Shown: positions 15,025 to 29,930, counted from the first letter of the stretch. The stretch: DNA of 64,000 nt from Vicugna vicugna (GCA_013265495.1 MU058213.1:3844001-3908000), one strand, 5' to 3'. Numbers and translations: made by a program. Notes: generated from the letters alone by a model not told the origin.

Positions 15025-15300
15025 CTATGCTGTCCAAAATGGTAGCCACTCATCATATAATGGCTAGTCCAAATTGTGACATGTTGTTTAAATGTAAATG
15101 AATGTCAAATTTTGAAGATGAAATACAAAAAATAGTAAAACCTCATTAATATTTTTATAGTGGTTACATGTTGAGAGATAGTATTTTAGATTATATTGGG
15201 ATAAGTGAAATATGGTACTAAAATTAATTTTACCTATTCTTAAATTGGTTACTAGAAAACTTCAAATTACGTATGTAGTTTGTATTATATTTCTATTGCT
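15025..15300. mobile_element. MER33/MER3-like hAT DNA transposon
   Basis: gctgtccaaaatggtagccact ... tattatatttctattg, typical of MER3/MER33. Confidence 0.7.
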
Positions 15301-16339
15301 CTAAGAAGTAAAAGCAAGAGGTCAAAGAAAAAAACGAGCTGTTGTATCTGGGAAACAGCTGTTTTAATTTGTCATCACACTTTGCCATTTGTCATCGTAC
15401 ATCTGGGCTGTGGTCATATCACTGCTCTAATCTCACATAATTTTGAAACCTCGCCTGCATCTTTGATACTTTTCTTATTCCTGGCCCTCACACCCAGTCC
15501 TGTGATTCTTTCATCTAAATGTTTCTCATTCACCTCTTCTTCTCAATTCCTTTTGCCACTTCTTGGTTCAAGCTATCATCTTATTTCTGAATCCTCCTCA
15601 CTGGTTATTTTATGTCTTTTCTCTTTTCCTTTCCATTGTATCCTGTGCTCTGTCAAAAGATTAATATTCTTAAAGGACTACATTGATTATAACCCTACTT
15701 TTATATGGGCAGAAAAGGAACTACCATTTTTTGAGTGTTGTGTGCCAGGTAAAACATTTTACAAAAGGTAAACCAAGTCTGAGAGGTTAAGCAAATTGCC
15801 TGAGGTCTTAACAGGATTCAAACTGTGTTTGTCTGACTCTGCAAATCATGTAGACTCTCCAACTCCCCAAAATTAAATGGACTTAAACACACAGCTGTTC
15901 CAAAATCTCATTGTTTTGAAATATTTGAAACTTTTAGTTCATGGTGAACGTACTAATGAATTATGATACATTGGCTACCTGAAGATTTTTATGAAAACTT
16001 TCAATGGCTCTGAACTTCTCGGCTTGAATTCCTATCTACCTAACAGCCAGAGAGTTATAACAACTCACGAGTTACGTGGACTTAAGATTGAATCTTTCTT
16101 TGCTAATTCCATTCATTATTTATATCTCTGGAAACAAATCTCAATGTACAGTTCACAGAAATACAAAAAACAAAGCTTAAGTTTGATGTAGCTGCTTCTA
16201 TAAACCTGCAAAAACCCAACTATTAAAACATTGTTATGTATATTAACTTATTTTAGCTGCTGATACCAACAGGTAGAGTCATTTTTAAAATATAAAAACA
16301 GAGCATTTTACTACATCTTTGGATTTGGTTTTTTTGTTA

Positions 16340-19300
16340 GTAATCTCTGTTTAAAGAATAACTTAAATACAATAAAATATACTATAATTCATTGAGTTTT
16401 GACAAATTAATACATCCTTGTAACCACCACCACAGTCAAGATTAAGAAAATTTCTATATGCCACTGCCACCCCCACCACGAATTTCCTTTGTGTCTCCTC
16501 CACATAAATCCGCAATCTCTAATCATGGCCACAAGCAACCACTGATCTGTATTCTTTCACTACAGATTAGTTTTCCTTGTTCTAAAATTTCTTATAGATG
16601 GAATCCTACGTATGTGCTTTCTGCATCCGTATTCTTCAGTGTAATGTTTTTGAGATTCATCAGTCTTGCGTGTTTTATGGTTCATTCCCTTGTATTGCTG
16701 AGTAGTACTTACGGATTTACTATGTTTCATCTGTTTACCAGTTGATGGGCATTTTTGTTTCCAGCTTTGGACTATAAGAAGTAAAGCCACTATGAATTTT
16801 CACATACAAGTGCTTTGTGTAGACATATGTTTTTGTTTAGATATGTTCAGTATCATTCATGATATTTCATAAGTACCTAGGAATAGAATTTCTGGATATT
16901 ATGGAAGGTGTATGTTTAACTTTCTAGAAAACTGTCAAACTGTATTCTAAAATGATTGTATCATTTTTCATTCCCACTAGGAATATATGAGCGTTGTAGC
17001 TACTGTGTATTCTTACTAACACTCAGTGTTGTTATTCTTTTTAGTATTGAACACTGTAGAGGGGTTAGGAGTGGTGTCTCATTAATGCTGGATTTGTATT
17101 TCCTTTATATTTATTGATCTTGAGCAACTTTTCATAGGCTTATTGGCCATTCATATATCTTCCTTTGTGATGTGTCTGTTCAAATTTTTTGCCCAATTTT
17201 AAAATACTGGGTTGTAGTAAGAGTTCTTTATGTTTTCTTGTATAATTTCTTTGCTAGGAAGAATATGTATTTTGAATGATTTCTCCCAATCCTAGGAAGA
17301 ATATGTATTTTGAATGATTTCTCCCAATCTTCCTTGGCTTTTTTTCTTAACAGTATCTTTCAAAAGGTAGCAGTTTAAAATTTTGATGAATTCCAATACA
17401 TTATTTTTTGTGAAGTTTTATGCTTTCGTCAGTCCTATTCAAGAAATCTTTACCCACCAATTTAATTAGTGTATATAAGTATATTTGGATTTTCCATTAC
17501 TTTTTGAGTCAGTTTTGGTAATTTATGTTTTTTAAGAAAATTTTCCAACTCATCTAAGTAGTCAAATTCATTGGCATAAATTTGTCCATAATATTCCTTT
17601 ATTATATTTTTTTTATATTATGCCTATAATAATGACCCCTGTTTCATATTTGATATTAATAATTTATCTTGTTTTATTCTTAGTCTAGTTAATTACCAAT
17701 TTTATTGAGCTTTTTCATGAATCAACACTTGACTTCATGAGTCTTTTCTACTGTTTGTCAGTTGTTTATTTCATTGATTTCTAACCTTTAGCATTTCCTT
17801 CATTTTTAATTTTAATTTTTTCCTTCATTGTTATTTGGGCTTAATTTGTTCTTATTTTTCTGGATTCTTAAGGCAGAAGCTTAGATAATTGGTTTTCTAC
17901 TTTTCTTCTTTTCTGACGTAAGTATTTAAAGTTACAAATATTCTCCCACAAATTTTGATACTGTCTTCTTATTTTCATTAAGTTCAAAGTATTTTCTAAT
18001 TTCCTTCCCATTTTTCTCAACCATTAGATTATTTAGATGTGTGTATTATTTAATTTCTAAATATTGAGGATTTTCATGTCTTTTTGTTAATTGATTTCTA
18101 ATTTCATTCTGTGTTGTGAGAACCCAGTGTGTATGATTTTGTTGCAATTAGTTTTATGGACCAGCATTTGGCCTCTCTTGGTAAATACTTCATGTCCACT
18201 TGAGAACCACATGTGTTATGCTGTGTTGAGTGGAGTTTTCTGTAAATATCAGTTTGGTCAAATTTGTTGACAGTATTGTTCAAGCGTTCTAAATGCTTAC
18301 TGATTTTCTAGTTCTGTCAGTTATTGAGAGAGCAGTACTTGTGCTGAATTCTCTGACTAGAATTGTGGATTTGTCTGTTTCTCCTTTCAGTTATATCAGT
18401 TTCGGCTTCATGTATTTTCAGTCTCTGTTTTGGATGCCTGCACGTCAAGGATTAAAATAGTGTTTTGATTAGTACCCCTTTATAATTATGACATACTACT
18501 ATATTACAATATCTTAAAATATTCCTTGTTCCAAAGTCTACTTTTTCTAACATTAATTTAGTAATTACAGCTTTATTCTTAATGTTTACATGTTATATCT
18601 TTTTTCATCTGTTTACTTTTACTCTGTTTTATACTGAAAATGTGTTATAAGAAATGGCTTTAATGGTGGTTTTTGCTTCTTCATTTACTCTAACAGTATC
18701 GGTCTCTGTCTCTTTATGGTATGTTCAGACCATTTACATTAATGCAGCTTTTGATGTTTGGATCTATCTTCCTATTTTTTTCTCTATTTTCCCAAACTGT
18801 TCTATGTTACTTTTTTCTCCTTTGAATTGAATATTTTTTATTCAATTTTTCTCCATTATTAGCTATATCTATTCTTAGACTTAAGGTTTATAACATACAT
18901 CTTTAACACATCACAGTCTGCCTTCAAATCATGTTATACCATCTCATGTATAACACCCTCATACCTATTTCTTGTATTCATTCTTTAGATTCTGCTTGAA
19001 ACAAGTACCCTCTCAATTTTTGTGGTGCCAGTTTGGTAGTCTCTAATTCTCTGTTTTTATTTCTCTGGAAAAGACTATGTTTTTCCTTATTTAAGAAAAC
19101 CTTTTTATTTGACATGATTATAGATTCACAGAAAGTTGCAAAAATAGTACAGAGAGGTCCTGTGTACCCTTCGCCCAGTTTTCCTCAATGGTAACATCTA
19201 ACATAATTATAGTATAGTCTTAAAATCAAGGAACAGACATTGGTACAATCCACAGACACTCAGATTTCACCAGTTTTGAATTCACCCGTGTGTGGTTTGA

Positions 19301-20850
19301 GCCCTTTAACTTTTGAAGGGTATTTTTCACTAGGTAAAGAATTACCAATTGATCGTTTTTGTTTTCTTTTGTTACTTTAAAGCTGTCATCCCGTTGTCTT
19401 CTGTGTTGTAGTTTCTCACTTAAAGTCCATGGTAATTCTTTTCTTAGTACATTTGTATGTAATGTGTCCTTTCCTCCTGCTTTTAAGATGTTCTCTTTGT
19501 TACTGGATTCCAGCAATTTCATAATGATGTGCTTTGTCAGTTTTATATGGGGGGGTGTATTTATTCTGCTTGAAGTTTGTTGAGCTTTTTTGAATCTGTA
19601 GGTTTATAGTTTTCATCAAATTTGAAAATTTGGGGCCATTATTAATATTTTTCCTGTACTCCCTACCTCCCTCCCCAACCTGAGTCTCCAGTTATACTTC
19701 TCTTGAACTTCTTGATGTCATCACACTGACAATATCAGTGATATTAGGTTATTGATGAGCTGTTTTTGGCCTTTTTTTCTTATATTCTTTGTTTGGATAG
19801 ATTCTATTCCTATATCTTTAGTAACTGGTCATTAATTTTTTTCTTTGTAGTGTCTTATATGCCCCTATTCCTAGTGAGGAAAATGTCCAATTTGATACAT
19901 TATTCATCTGTATAATTTCCATTTGATTCTTCTTTGTATCTTCATCTCCTCATTGTATTTATTTTTTGTTTTAAATACTTGTATATAGTTAAAATAGCTG
20001 TTTTGATGGCCTTGTTAGCTGGATCCATTATATTTCTCATTTATGTGTTTGTTTCTATTGACTGACTTTTATTCTCCTGGATATCAGTCATACTTTCCTG
20101 CTTTTTGGCTTGGTTAGTGATTTTTTTTTTTTTACCAGATGCTAGATACTGTGAATATTATATTGTTGAGTGATTGTGTTTAGTGTGCTTTTTGAAGACA
20201 GTCATGGGTTTTGACAAGTAATTATTTGCCAGTTAAATCCCTTTGAGGCCCATTTTTAAGTTTTACTAGAATGTGTCTAGTGCTCCTTTCAGGAGTAGTT
20301 CAGCTCTACTCCTAAGTCTTACCCTAAAGAGACCTTTCAAGATCTCCGCCAAATTCCCCAGAGGACCCCTGAAGACTGTCCATTCTGGCTGGTTAGAGTT
20401 CAGATGTCTTCCTTCCCTTTGTGAGCTATGGGAATTGTTCTGTGTACAGCTCCCCTTTGTCTGGCCCTGTTGAGTTTCCCTGTATGCAGGTATGGCCTAG
20501 TCCTCCGTAGACTCCAGGTATCTCCTGTGTAGATTCCTGAAGCTCCTTCCTAATGTAGTTCTTCCTTACTTGAACCTTCATACAAATTCCCAGCTGTCTC
20601 AGTCTCTTCCAACTCTGATCTGTCTCCTTAACTCAGTGGATTCCTGGGCTCTGCTTGTATTTTCTCTTTGCTTGTACCTTGCTGTACAGTGTGGATATTG
20701 CCTCGCAGCAGAATGCTGAGATGATAAGACTCATTTGCTTCCTTTTTCTCAGGAATCACAATCCTAATGTTTTCCACTGTCTCTAAACAGTTATTTAACA
20801 TATTTTGATAATTTTTTCTAGTTGTTTACAGTGCATTTCTTATGTAGATA
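16340..20850 (-). mobile_element. Degenerate old L1 (L1MD/ME-like) with nested L1MC-type 3' end at ~19100-19300
   Basis: Antisense L1 3'UTR, ORF2 and ORF1 remnants; ORF 19226..19522(-) resembles L1 ORF1 (KENILKA). Confidence 0.75.
17254..17329. repeat. Perfect 2x38 bp tandem duplication
   Basis: ctaggaagaatatgtattttgaatgatttctcccaatc at 17254-91 and 17292-329. Confidence 0.95.
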
Positions 20851-22806
20851 TTTATTATTTCTTCCTTGTCAGAAGCCTTCATCTGTGTTTTATTTTGTTT
20901 TTTGGTTAAATTAAAATTAGTAGTGCATTCCAAAAGTTTCTCTGACCAGGGATCATGTCATATGAACACTCTTATCATTAGTAACTCACCTTTTAAAAAA
21001 TAATCTGCTCTTTTGTTAAATTGCTCCAGGTAAAATTGAGCTCCGTGTCATTTCCTAAAGATGCCTGGTTCTTGCTTTATTCTTTCCTGCTTTCATAGTA
21101 GAAGTCCTTGAAAGCAATTCTGACCTTCTACAAGTCATTCTCATATCTTGCAAAGAAAGCTTTTTTCATTTTTGCCTTTATGTATCCTGCAAAACCATTA
21201 TATTAATGGTACCTTATCTTTGTTTAATATTGTATATCTGTCATACACATATAATTGTTGTGTGTTCTCATTTATATATATTTTATTACATAGCTGTACC
21301 CATTCCCTCATGTTTATTCCCTTCTTCCCTGGCTTAGGTACCATGGTACACAACTTCATTATGCTCTGCATATATCCTTAATTTCCCTACCAATGAAGTG
21401 TGTGGCAAAACCCAACCCTAGTTCTAGCCAATTTCCCCTCTCCTGTTTGCCTATTCAGGAGCAGTGTATTAAGACTGAACAAAAATGTACAGCCCAGTAG
21501 ATTGGTCCTACTTAAATTTTATTTACAAATATCAAGTGGAATACCATTTTCCTCTCCTACTTTCTGAGAAGACAGTTTCCTCTCCCACTTTCAAAGGTGA
21601 TTTTAAACAGGTGATTTTTTTCTTCTTAAGTTTCCAGTACCTCTTCCAGTCCTAGCTTTCTGAGTCCATGACTTTCCCTCTTATTTTACTAAGAAAACAA
21701 TCAAAGATAACTCTTCTTCATGCTGTCACTAAATCTGTGACACCTCTTGGTTTCTATCCCCATCTCCTCTTGCTCTCCCCCCTCATTGCGGTGGATTACT
21801 GCCTCTTCTGGCTAACGCTGATCATGGTGCACTGAATCCCATACCATCTCTCTTACTCAAGGACTTCGCTCCTACAGTTACCATGCCTTTCTCTTGCAAA
21901 AGTCATATTTACTCTGTCCATGGAATTATTTGCATTAACATAAAAACATGCCATAGAATCTCCAATATATGTATTTTTGAAAAGCCTCCTTAGATCTCAT
22001 ATCTACCTCTTGCCCTGTATCATTGCTCTCCTTTATAGCAAAACTTCTTAAAATAATTGTATATACTCAATTTCTCTATTCTCTCTTGAAACTTCAACAG
22101 TTAGGTGTCCATCTCTTCTCTGCCTCTGAAACCATTCTTAACAAGGTCACTAGTAATCCACAGTGCCAGTTCTTATCAGTTCTTATTCCTCAGTAATTTA
22201 TGTTTCAGCAATATTTGACAAAGTTGATTTCTCCCTCCTTCAAACACTATTAATTTGGCTTCTGAAGCATCATACTTACAATTTTCTTCCTCATTTTCCT
22301 GACTTTTACATGTTGGAGTGCCCAGGGCTCAGTCCTTGGCTCTCTTCTCCTTACTGTCTACATCCAGGTCTGAGATGCTCTCATTAATTTCCATGGCTTT
22401 GTATTACCATCTCTGTGTTGGGAACTCCCACGTTGCTGTTTCTTTCTCTGACCTTTCTTTGAGCTCCAGACTCTTCTTCTTACTGTCCACTTAATATCTC
22501 TACTTGGTTTGCAGAACATCATATGTATGCTTCCCTGCTCTCTGCAAACCTGCTTCTCTTTTTCTCTCTCTCAGTAAAAACATGGAGTTGTTCAAAATCC
22601 AAGAGTCATCTTGATCCTTCTCTTTCCAGAGCATCATTAAGTCTGTCAACAAGTCCTGCCAATTCTGTCTTCAAAATGCATAGAATTAACTGTTTCTCAA
22701 AAACTCATTACTTCTACCCAAGCCCAAGCTACTATGTTTCACTTGTACTATTCCAGTGACCTCCTAGATTGGTATTGCTGCACTCAGTACCACAGTAGCT
22801 AGAATG

Positions 22807-23054
22807 CAGTTGATGCTTGAACAACTTGGAGGTTAGGGGCACACACCCTCTGCACAGTGGAAAATCCCCATATAACTTACAGTCGGCCCTCCATATCCCT
22901 CGTTCCTCTGTATCTGCGGTTCCATATCCATGGTTCCACATCCACATATTCAACCAGTGGTGGATCGTGTATTAACGTAGTATTTCCTGTTGAAAAATTT
23001 CTGCATGTAAGTGGACTCAGGTAGTTGAAACCCATGTTGTTCAAGGGTCAACTG
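22807..23054. mobile_element. Tigger2-derived MITE
   Basis: Terminal inverted repeats cagttgatgcttgaacaac / gttgttcaagggtcaactg. Confidence 0.85.
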
Positions 23055-23341
23055 TTAAAAACCTTAGGTCACCATACATACATACATACACAAACACGCA
23101 CATACTTATCCTACTAAAAATCCTCCAAAGGCTTTCCATGTCATTCAGGTCTTAAGACCTAAAACTGCTGTGTCACTCAGCTGAAGCCACACTGACCACC
23201 TAAGTGATCTTTGAATATATTAAATGAATTCCTGCCTCAGGATCTTTGTCTTCATTGTTCCTCCAGTCTATAATTCTTTCCTCCAGATCTTTACATGAAT
23301 CATCTCCTCATTTGAAAGCCTTCCCCTAACCACTGTATCTT

Positions 23342-26007
23342 TTTTTTTATTGAAATGTAGTCAATTACAATGTGTCATTTTTCTGGTGTATAGCATAATG
23401 TCCCAATCATACATATATGTATATATATATTCATTTTCATTAAAGGTTATTACATGGTATTGAATATAGTTCTCTGTGCTATAAATTTGTTTCTTATGTA
23501 TTTTTATATATAGTAGTTAATATTTGCAAATCTCGAACTCTCAAATTTATCCCTTCCCACCCCCTTTCCCCCGGGTAACCATAAAATGGTTGCTATGTCT
23601 GCAAGTCTGTTTCTGTTTTATAGATTAGTTCATAGTGTCTTTTTTTTCCTTTTCCTTTAGAGTCCACATATGAGCAATATAATACAGTATTTTTCTTACT
23701 CATTCTGGCTTACTTCACTTAGAATGATGATCTCCATCCATGTTGCTGCAAATGGCATTATTTTATTCGTTTTTATGGTCGTGTAATATTCCACTGTATA
23801 AGTATATCACAACTTCTTTATCCAGTCATCTGTTGATAGACATTTAGGTTGCTTCCATGTCTTGGCTATTGTATATTGCTGGTGTTAACATTGGGGTGCA
23901 TGTATCTTTTTGAATTTGAGTTCCCTCTGGATATATGCCCAGGAGTGGGATTGCTAGATCATATGGTAAGTCTGTTTTTAGTTTTTTGAGGAATCTCCAT
24001 ATTTTCCATAGTGGCTGCACCAAACTGCATCCCCACCAACAGTGTAGGAGAATTCCCTTTTCTCCATACCCTTTCTAGCATTTATCATTTGTGGACTTTT
24101 GAATGATTGCCATTCTGACTGGTGTAAGGTGATACCTCGTTGTAATTTTGATTTGTATTTCTCTGATAATTAGCAATATTAAGCATTTTTTCATATGCCT
24201 GTTGGCCATTTGTACATCTTCACTGGAGAATTGCTTTAGGTCTTCTGCCTATTTTTGGATTGGGTTGTTGTTATTAAGTTGTATGAGTTGTTTATATGGT
24301 CTGGAAATTAAACCTTTGTCAGTCACATCATTTGCAAATATATTCTCCCATTCAGCTGGTTGTTGTTTTGTTTTGCGTATGGTTTCCTTTGCTGTGCCAA
24401 AGCTTATAAATTTAATTAGGTCCCATTTGTTTGTTTTTGCTTATATTTCTATTGCCTGGGTAGACTGCCCTAGGAGAACATTGCTAAGATTTCTGTCAGA
24501 GAATGTTTTGCCTATGTTTTCTTCTGGGAGATTTATAGTATCTTGTCTTATGTTTAAGTCTTTAAGCTATTTTGAGTTTATTTTTGTGTGTGGTGTGAAG
24601 GAGTGTTCTAACTCCATCAGTTTACATGCTGCTGTCCAACTTTCCCAACACCACCTGCTGAAGAGACTGTCTTTTCTCCATTGTATATTTTTGCTTCCTT
24701 TGTTGAAGATTAATTGACCATAGGTCTGTGGGTTTATTTCTGGGCTGTCTGTTCTGTTCCATTGACCCATATGTCTGTTTTTGTACTAATACCATGCTCT
24801 TTTGATTACTGTAGCTCTGTAGTATTGTCTGAAGTTTGGAAGGGTTATTCCTCCAGCTTCGTTCTTTTTCTTCAGTATTGCTTTGGCAATTCTGAGTCTT
24901 TTGTGATTCCATATAAATTTTAGGATTATTTCTTCTGTTTCTGAGAAAAATGTCATGAGTAGTTTGATAGGGATTGCATTAAATATGCAGATGGCCTTAG
25001 GCAGTATGGCCATTTTAACAATATTGATTCTTCCAATCCAAGAGCATTGGATATTTTTCCATTTCTTTAAGTTCTCCTTTATTTCCTTAGTCAGTATTTC
25101 ATATTTCTCCATGTGTAAGTCTTTCACCTCCTTGGTCAGATTTATTCCTTGGTTAAACTTATTACTAAGTATTTTATTGTTTTGGATGAGATTTTAAAAG
25201 GGATATTGTTTCTTTACTCTCTTTTTCTGCTATTTCATTGTTAGTATAAAGAAATGCAACTGACTTCTGTTTGTTAATCTTGTATCCTGCTACCTTGCCG
25301 AATTCTTTTATCATTTGCTGTGGCTAGGACTGCCAATACTATGTTGAATAGAAGTGGTGGGAGTGGGCATCCTTAACTTTTTCCAGATTTTTGTGGGTAG
25401 ACTTTCAGCTTTTCACTGTTGAATAGTATGTTGGCTGTGGGTTTGTCATAAATAGCTTCGATTATGTTGAGATATGTTCCCTCTATACCCACTTTGGTAA
25501 GAGTTTTTATCATACATGGATGTAAATTTTATCAGATGCTTTTTCTGCATCTATTGAGATGATCATGTGATTTTTGTCCTTTGTCTTGTTGATGTGGTGT
25601 ATCACATTGATTGATTTGCATATGTTAAACCATCCTCGTGTCCCTGGGATGAATCCAACTTAATCATGGTGTATAATCTTTTTTATGTGTTGTTGGATTC
25701 TGTTTGCTAATATTTTGTTGATGATTTTTGCATCTGTGTTCGTCAATGATATTTGGCCTGTAATTTTCTTTTTCGGTAGTGTCTTTGTCTTGTTTTGGTA
25801 TCAGGGTAATAGTAGCTTCATAGAATAAGCTTGGGAGTGTTCCCTCCTCTTCAGTGTTTTGGAAGAGTTTGAGAAGGATTGGTATGAGCTCGTCTTTGTA
25901 TGTTTGGTAGAATTCCCCAGTGAAACCGTCCAGTCCTGGATTTTCCTTTGTAGGGAGGTTTTTTATTGCTGATTGTATTTCATTTCTAGTGATCAGTCTG
26001 TTCAAGT
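23342..26007 (-). mobile_element. Lineage-specific 5'-truncated L1 (2.7 kb), ORF2 disrupted
   Basis: Poly-T end; ORF2 peptides in ORFs 24567..24770, 24786..25127 and 25664..26014 (-); TSD taaccactgtatctt (23327-41) / taaccactctatgtt (26008-22). Confidence 0.95.
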
Positions 26008-27369
26008 TAACCACTCTATGTTAAATATTATGCCCCTTCCCTATTGTTCTGTCCTCTTACCCTTTTTCTTCATAGTCCTTATCACTACCAGATCTCACCT
26101 GTGAGTATGCATGTATGTGTGTGTTTATCATCTGTCTCTTCCTCTAGAGTGCAAGCTTTATGAGAGGAGAACTGTGGTTAACTATCGTGTGTCCGTCATG
26201 TAGAGTAGTACCAGGCATGTAGTAAGTGCTGGATAAATGTGTTGAATAGGTAAAACCTTTAGGTTTTTTGCCCATAAACCATATAGTATTACACCCAATT
26301 TCAGATATGGAAACTGAGTCTACAACAGCTGGCAGGTTTTCTGACTCCAGGTCTGTTTCTTTTGGTACCTCAGTCACTTGTTTCTAGAACCTTACCTGGT
26401 CATTTATTTGTCCTCATCTGAATCACTGTGACAGTTTGTGTTCCTCTGACGCAGCTGCTGCATTTGTCTTGCACTGTGGTTTCTGACGCACACCTCTCTC
26501 TCACACTCTCCCAGTGCCTTATGATTGCTTCAGAAATTATGGGAGAATCCCAGATTATTCTTGGATTTCATAGTATTTGAGTTTTAAACTTGATTTTCTT
26601 TAAGCTACTCAGCCTTTTCTTTTAAAACTAATGTAAACTTCAGGGGTTGATATGTTTCATAATTCTTTTTTCACTAGCAACATGTAAACTTAATTTTTTT
26701 TGGTAATAATAAATATACTTAAGGAGCTTGCATCTTGAAAATACTCAGTATTTGTATTTTGTCTGCATTTTGTAAAAAAAATTCTTGAGTAAGATTGAAA
26801 ACAGAAGTGTTTTCAAGTTTTTGATAAGGTTTCCCCTTTCCTTAGTGGATTTACTCATTTAGGAAGACTTTATTTCGTACTTTACTATTCTTCTGTCTAT
26901 CCTTTTTCTTTTTTGCTTTTCCCGAGAAGTGGAGCAGTATTGATTCGGGGGTAGGGAGGCATCATGTGGTAAAGGGAGGTTTTCAGTTTTCTTTGAAGTA
27001 GGTTACAGAGTCATCAGCAAGAAAGAGAAGGGCAATTCCATATTGTGAGAAGAGGCTGAAATGAGGCAGCAAGAACTGTGGCCTTGATGGCTAATGAGAG
27101 TGTCTGCCTTTTCTGTGTGAACAGTGAGAGAAATCAGGCTGCTCTCAGTGTCGCTACCACCCACAAAGCTGTGAAGAAGGCTGGTGAGAGCAGATGGTAT
27201 CCAGACAGTTTGATTTGTTTAGAAACCTGCATAAAGAGCAGCATGTGTTTTGTTTTGTTTTCCCCTTAATTACTCAGAGCCAGGGAGATCAGTTTTCAAA
27301 TAAAACATAGTGATACAGCCAGGAGAAAAAATTATTAAAGCAGAAAACAGACAACTGTATCTTTATCTG

Positions 27370-27900
27370 CATCATTTCAATTGCACGATATTTACTGAGT
27401 ATCTGTTTTGTGTAATGCTCTGTACTAGGCATTGTAGGGGATGCAAAGAAGAGTGAGTTAAGTATTACAAAATAAATTAATTTTAGTAAACATCTCATTG
27501 GTGCCTTTTATATGCTGCTGAAGTGCCAGAACGTAGAAATGAAAGTAGTTCCTGTCCCCCAGGAGCTGACAGTACAGTGAGGGAAATGCAGTCAGTGGAT
27601 AGTTTCAGTCCCACACAAGCAGGCGCTGTGATATATGTATATCAAGGTGCTAGGGAAGCTTTGAAGGAAGGACACTTAATCCAATCTGGGAGGATAGTGA
27701 GGAAGATAGGGAAGGCTTCTGGCAGGAGGTAAAACCAGAGTTAGTCCTAGCTGAGTCTTAAAGGATGGATAGGTGCAAGCCAGGGAAAAATGAGGGGTAG
27801 GGAGAGGTCAGGGCAGAAGGATGAGCATGAGCAAAGGGGCAGAGGCCAGAAGCATAATGGCTGTCTGGGAGAGATCCAACCAAACACTGCTCACGTAGCC
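27370..27900 (-). mobile_element. L2 fragments
   Basis: atatttactgagtatctg...tactaggcattgtagggg and gaaggcttctggcaggaggt...gagctgagtcttaaaggatg-like motifs. Confidence 0.65.
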
Positions 27901-28530
27901 GCAGGTAACATTTGTGGCAGGAGTTGAGATTATGGTGCCAGCTTGTGATGGAGTTTGGAGGTTTTCCTGCACATGTTTCTTCCTGTGTGGCCTGTAGACT
28001 CTCTGCAGCAGCATCTCTTAGGATATTTGCAGAAATGCGGGTCTAAACCCACCCCAGAATGGGGAAAATACCCATAAAATCTGTTGTTTTTCCCCAGAAT
28101 TGGGATTTTCCTATATGGCTAATGTAGAATGCATTAATAAATATTTAACAGATTTTTTTTAAATGATAGATTTTGTCAGGTTTACACACAGTATTTGTGG
28201 GAGAATTATGTCTCACATTGGTGTTTTGGGAGGTTCCCAAGAGAAGAACTATAGTTATAAAGAATTGTTTATGAAATAAATATAGAAAACATGTATTACT
28301 GTATCTTGGGATGGATAGAAATTTTCAAACAAAAAGTAATTTGAAAGTCTAATTTGTGACTACATCTTTAAGGCTATATTTTTCTATAGCCAATTCAGAG
28401 TGAGAATTCCCTGAGATCTGTGTCACTCAGTGCTCAGCCTCTGGCCGTGTGTGTGTGTATGTAAAATTTGGCAGAAAGCAAGGAATATAGAAATGGAAAA
28501 TGTTGCAAAATAGTAGTAAAGGGGTCTTAG

Positions 28531-28719
<189 letters not shown>

Positions 28720-29096
28720 TGAAGTTTTGGTAGTGATCACCTTTGGTAACTTTCTCTTTTATGTAAGACTCAAAAGTAAAAGTTTTAAAATGACACTTCT
28801 TGATGTTATGGTGACCATTTCTCTTTTCAGGTGAAATACACTCATTAGCATTATGTACATTTTCAGTAAATTAGGATTATATTGCTTGTACTTTTGCCAT
28901 GATTGGGTGATGGCACAGCTTTTTAGAGGATTCATTTATTTTTTTATCCAACAAATCTTTATTGTATGCCCATGTTATGGCACACAATAATCTCTGGGGT
29001 ATGTGGTGGAAAAAAGTCTCATGTATCTCAAGTCTGTAACACCTTTTTCAGAGCCTCAGTTTTCTAATACATAATGCAAGGGACTATCTTACAGGG

Positions 29097-29274
29097 CAGT
29101 GGGTCTCAAACTTGAGCATTTATCAGAATCACTGGAGGGCTTATTAAAACAGATTCCTGGGCCCCACCCCCAGACTTTCTGATTCAGTAGATTTGGGGTG
29201 AGACCTGAGAATGTGTGGTTTTAACAGGTTCTGAGGTGATGCTGATGCTGCTGATTCTGAGATAACCACCACTG
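29097..29274. mobile_element. MER5A inserted in a MIR
   Basis: cagtgggtctcaaactt ... ccaccactg termini; 8-bp TSD ttacaggg / ttacagag; MIR core gagcctcagttttc upstream. Confidence 0.85.
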
Positions 29275-29930
29275 TTACAGAGTTACTTTGAGGATCACTA
29301 TCATATCCCTAGCATCTAGCCAGTGATTGGTATAGAATTAACACTCAGTTCCTGAAATATCTTTTGAATAAAGGAAGGCTCAGATACCAATGTGTGTGAA
29401 AGCCTTTTGTACACTCTGTAAATATTGGCTGTTAGTTTTTGGTTTGTGTCAACCTGAAAGTGATGCCCCATTGGAATCTCTCCCTTAGGGCAATACTTAA
29501 TTATTTAACAACGCTGTGGATGATGAATTTAAGAGCCCCCTCATTACATACAGAGATGGTATTAATTTAGACTAAATTAGTTAACACTTAATTTGGACAT
29601 AGAACTAAACTGCTCTTGGTTAAGTCCTCCAACATTTTTAACAAATGCAACTATATTACAGTGACCATAGAGTTTTAATATATCTTCTTGTCAGATGATT
29701 TTGCTAGCTGTATGATTAGACTGTGTTCACATTTAAGAGCTATCAGTACAAGAGTCAAACTTGCTAATAATTATGTTATTGGAGTATTATTTCCAATTTG
29801 GTGCATTCTAAAGGGATTTTGAAGAAACTAAAATGGAATGATCATGTATATGTCAGGATTTTCTCATTCTGGTTTCAGATTTGATGTCTTATTTTAGCAC
29901 ATACATTAGAGAAGTAGAAAGAAAAAACAT

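Larger units (their letters stand above)
21380..26255 (+). mobile_element. L2 element split by a Tigger MITE and a younger L1
   Basis: L2 body cagcaatatttgacaaagttgatttctccctcctt; L2 3' end ctagagtgcaagcttt...gtagtaagtgctggataaatgtgttgaat at ~26140-26250. Confidence 0.75.

Noticed and set aside
15280..15771. 163-aa ORF
   Set aside because: Pyrimidine-rich, spans decayed repeat-like sequence, no credible start or splice context, no recognisable protein.
24148..24717. Longest ORF in the track (189 aa, +) and similar ORFs at 31305, 41171 and 62853
   Set aside because: They are antisense readings of the L1 ORF2 3' region, recurring in several L1 copies. Not genes.
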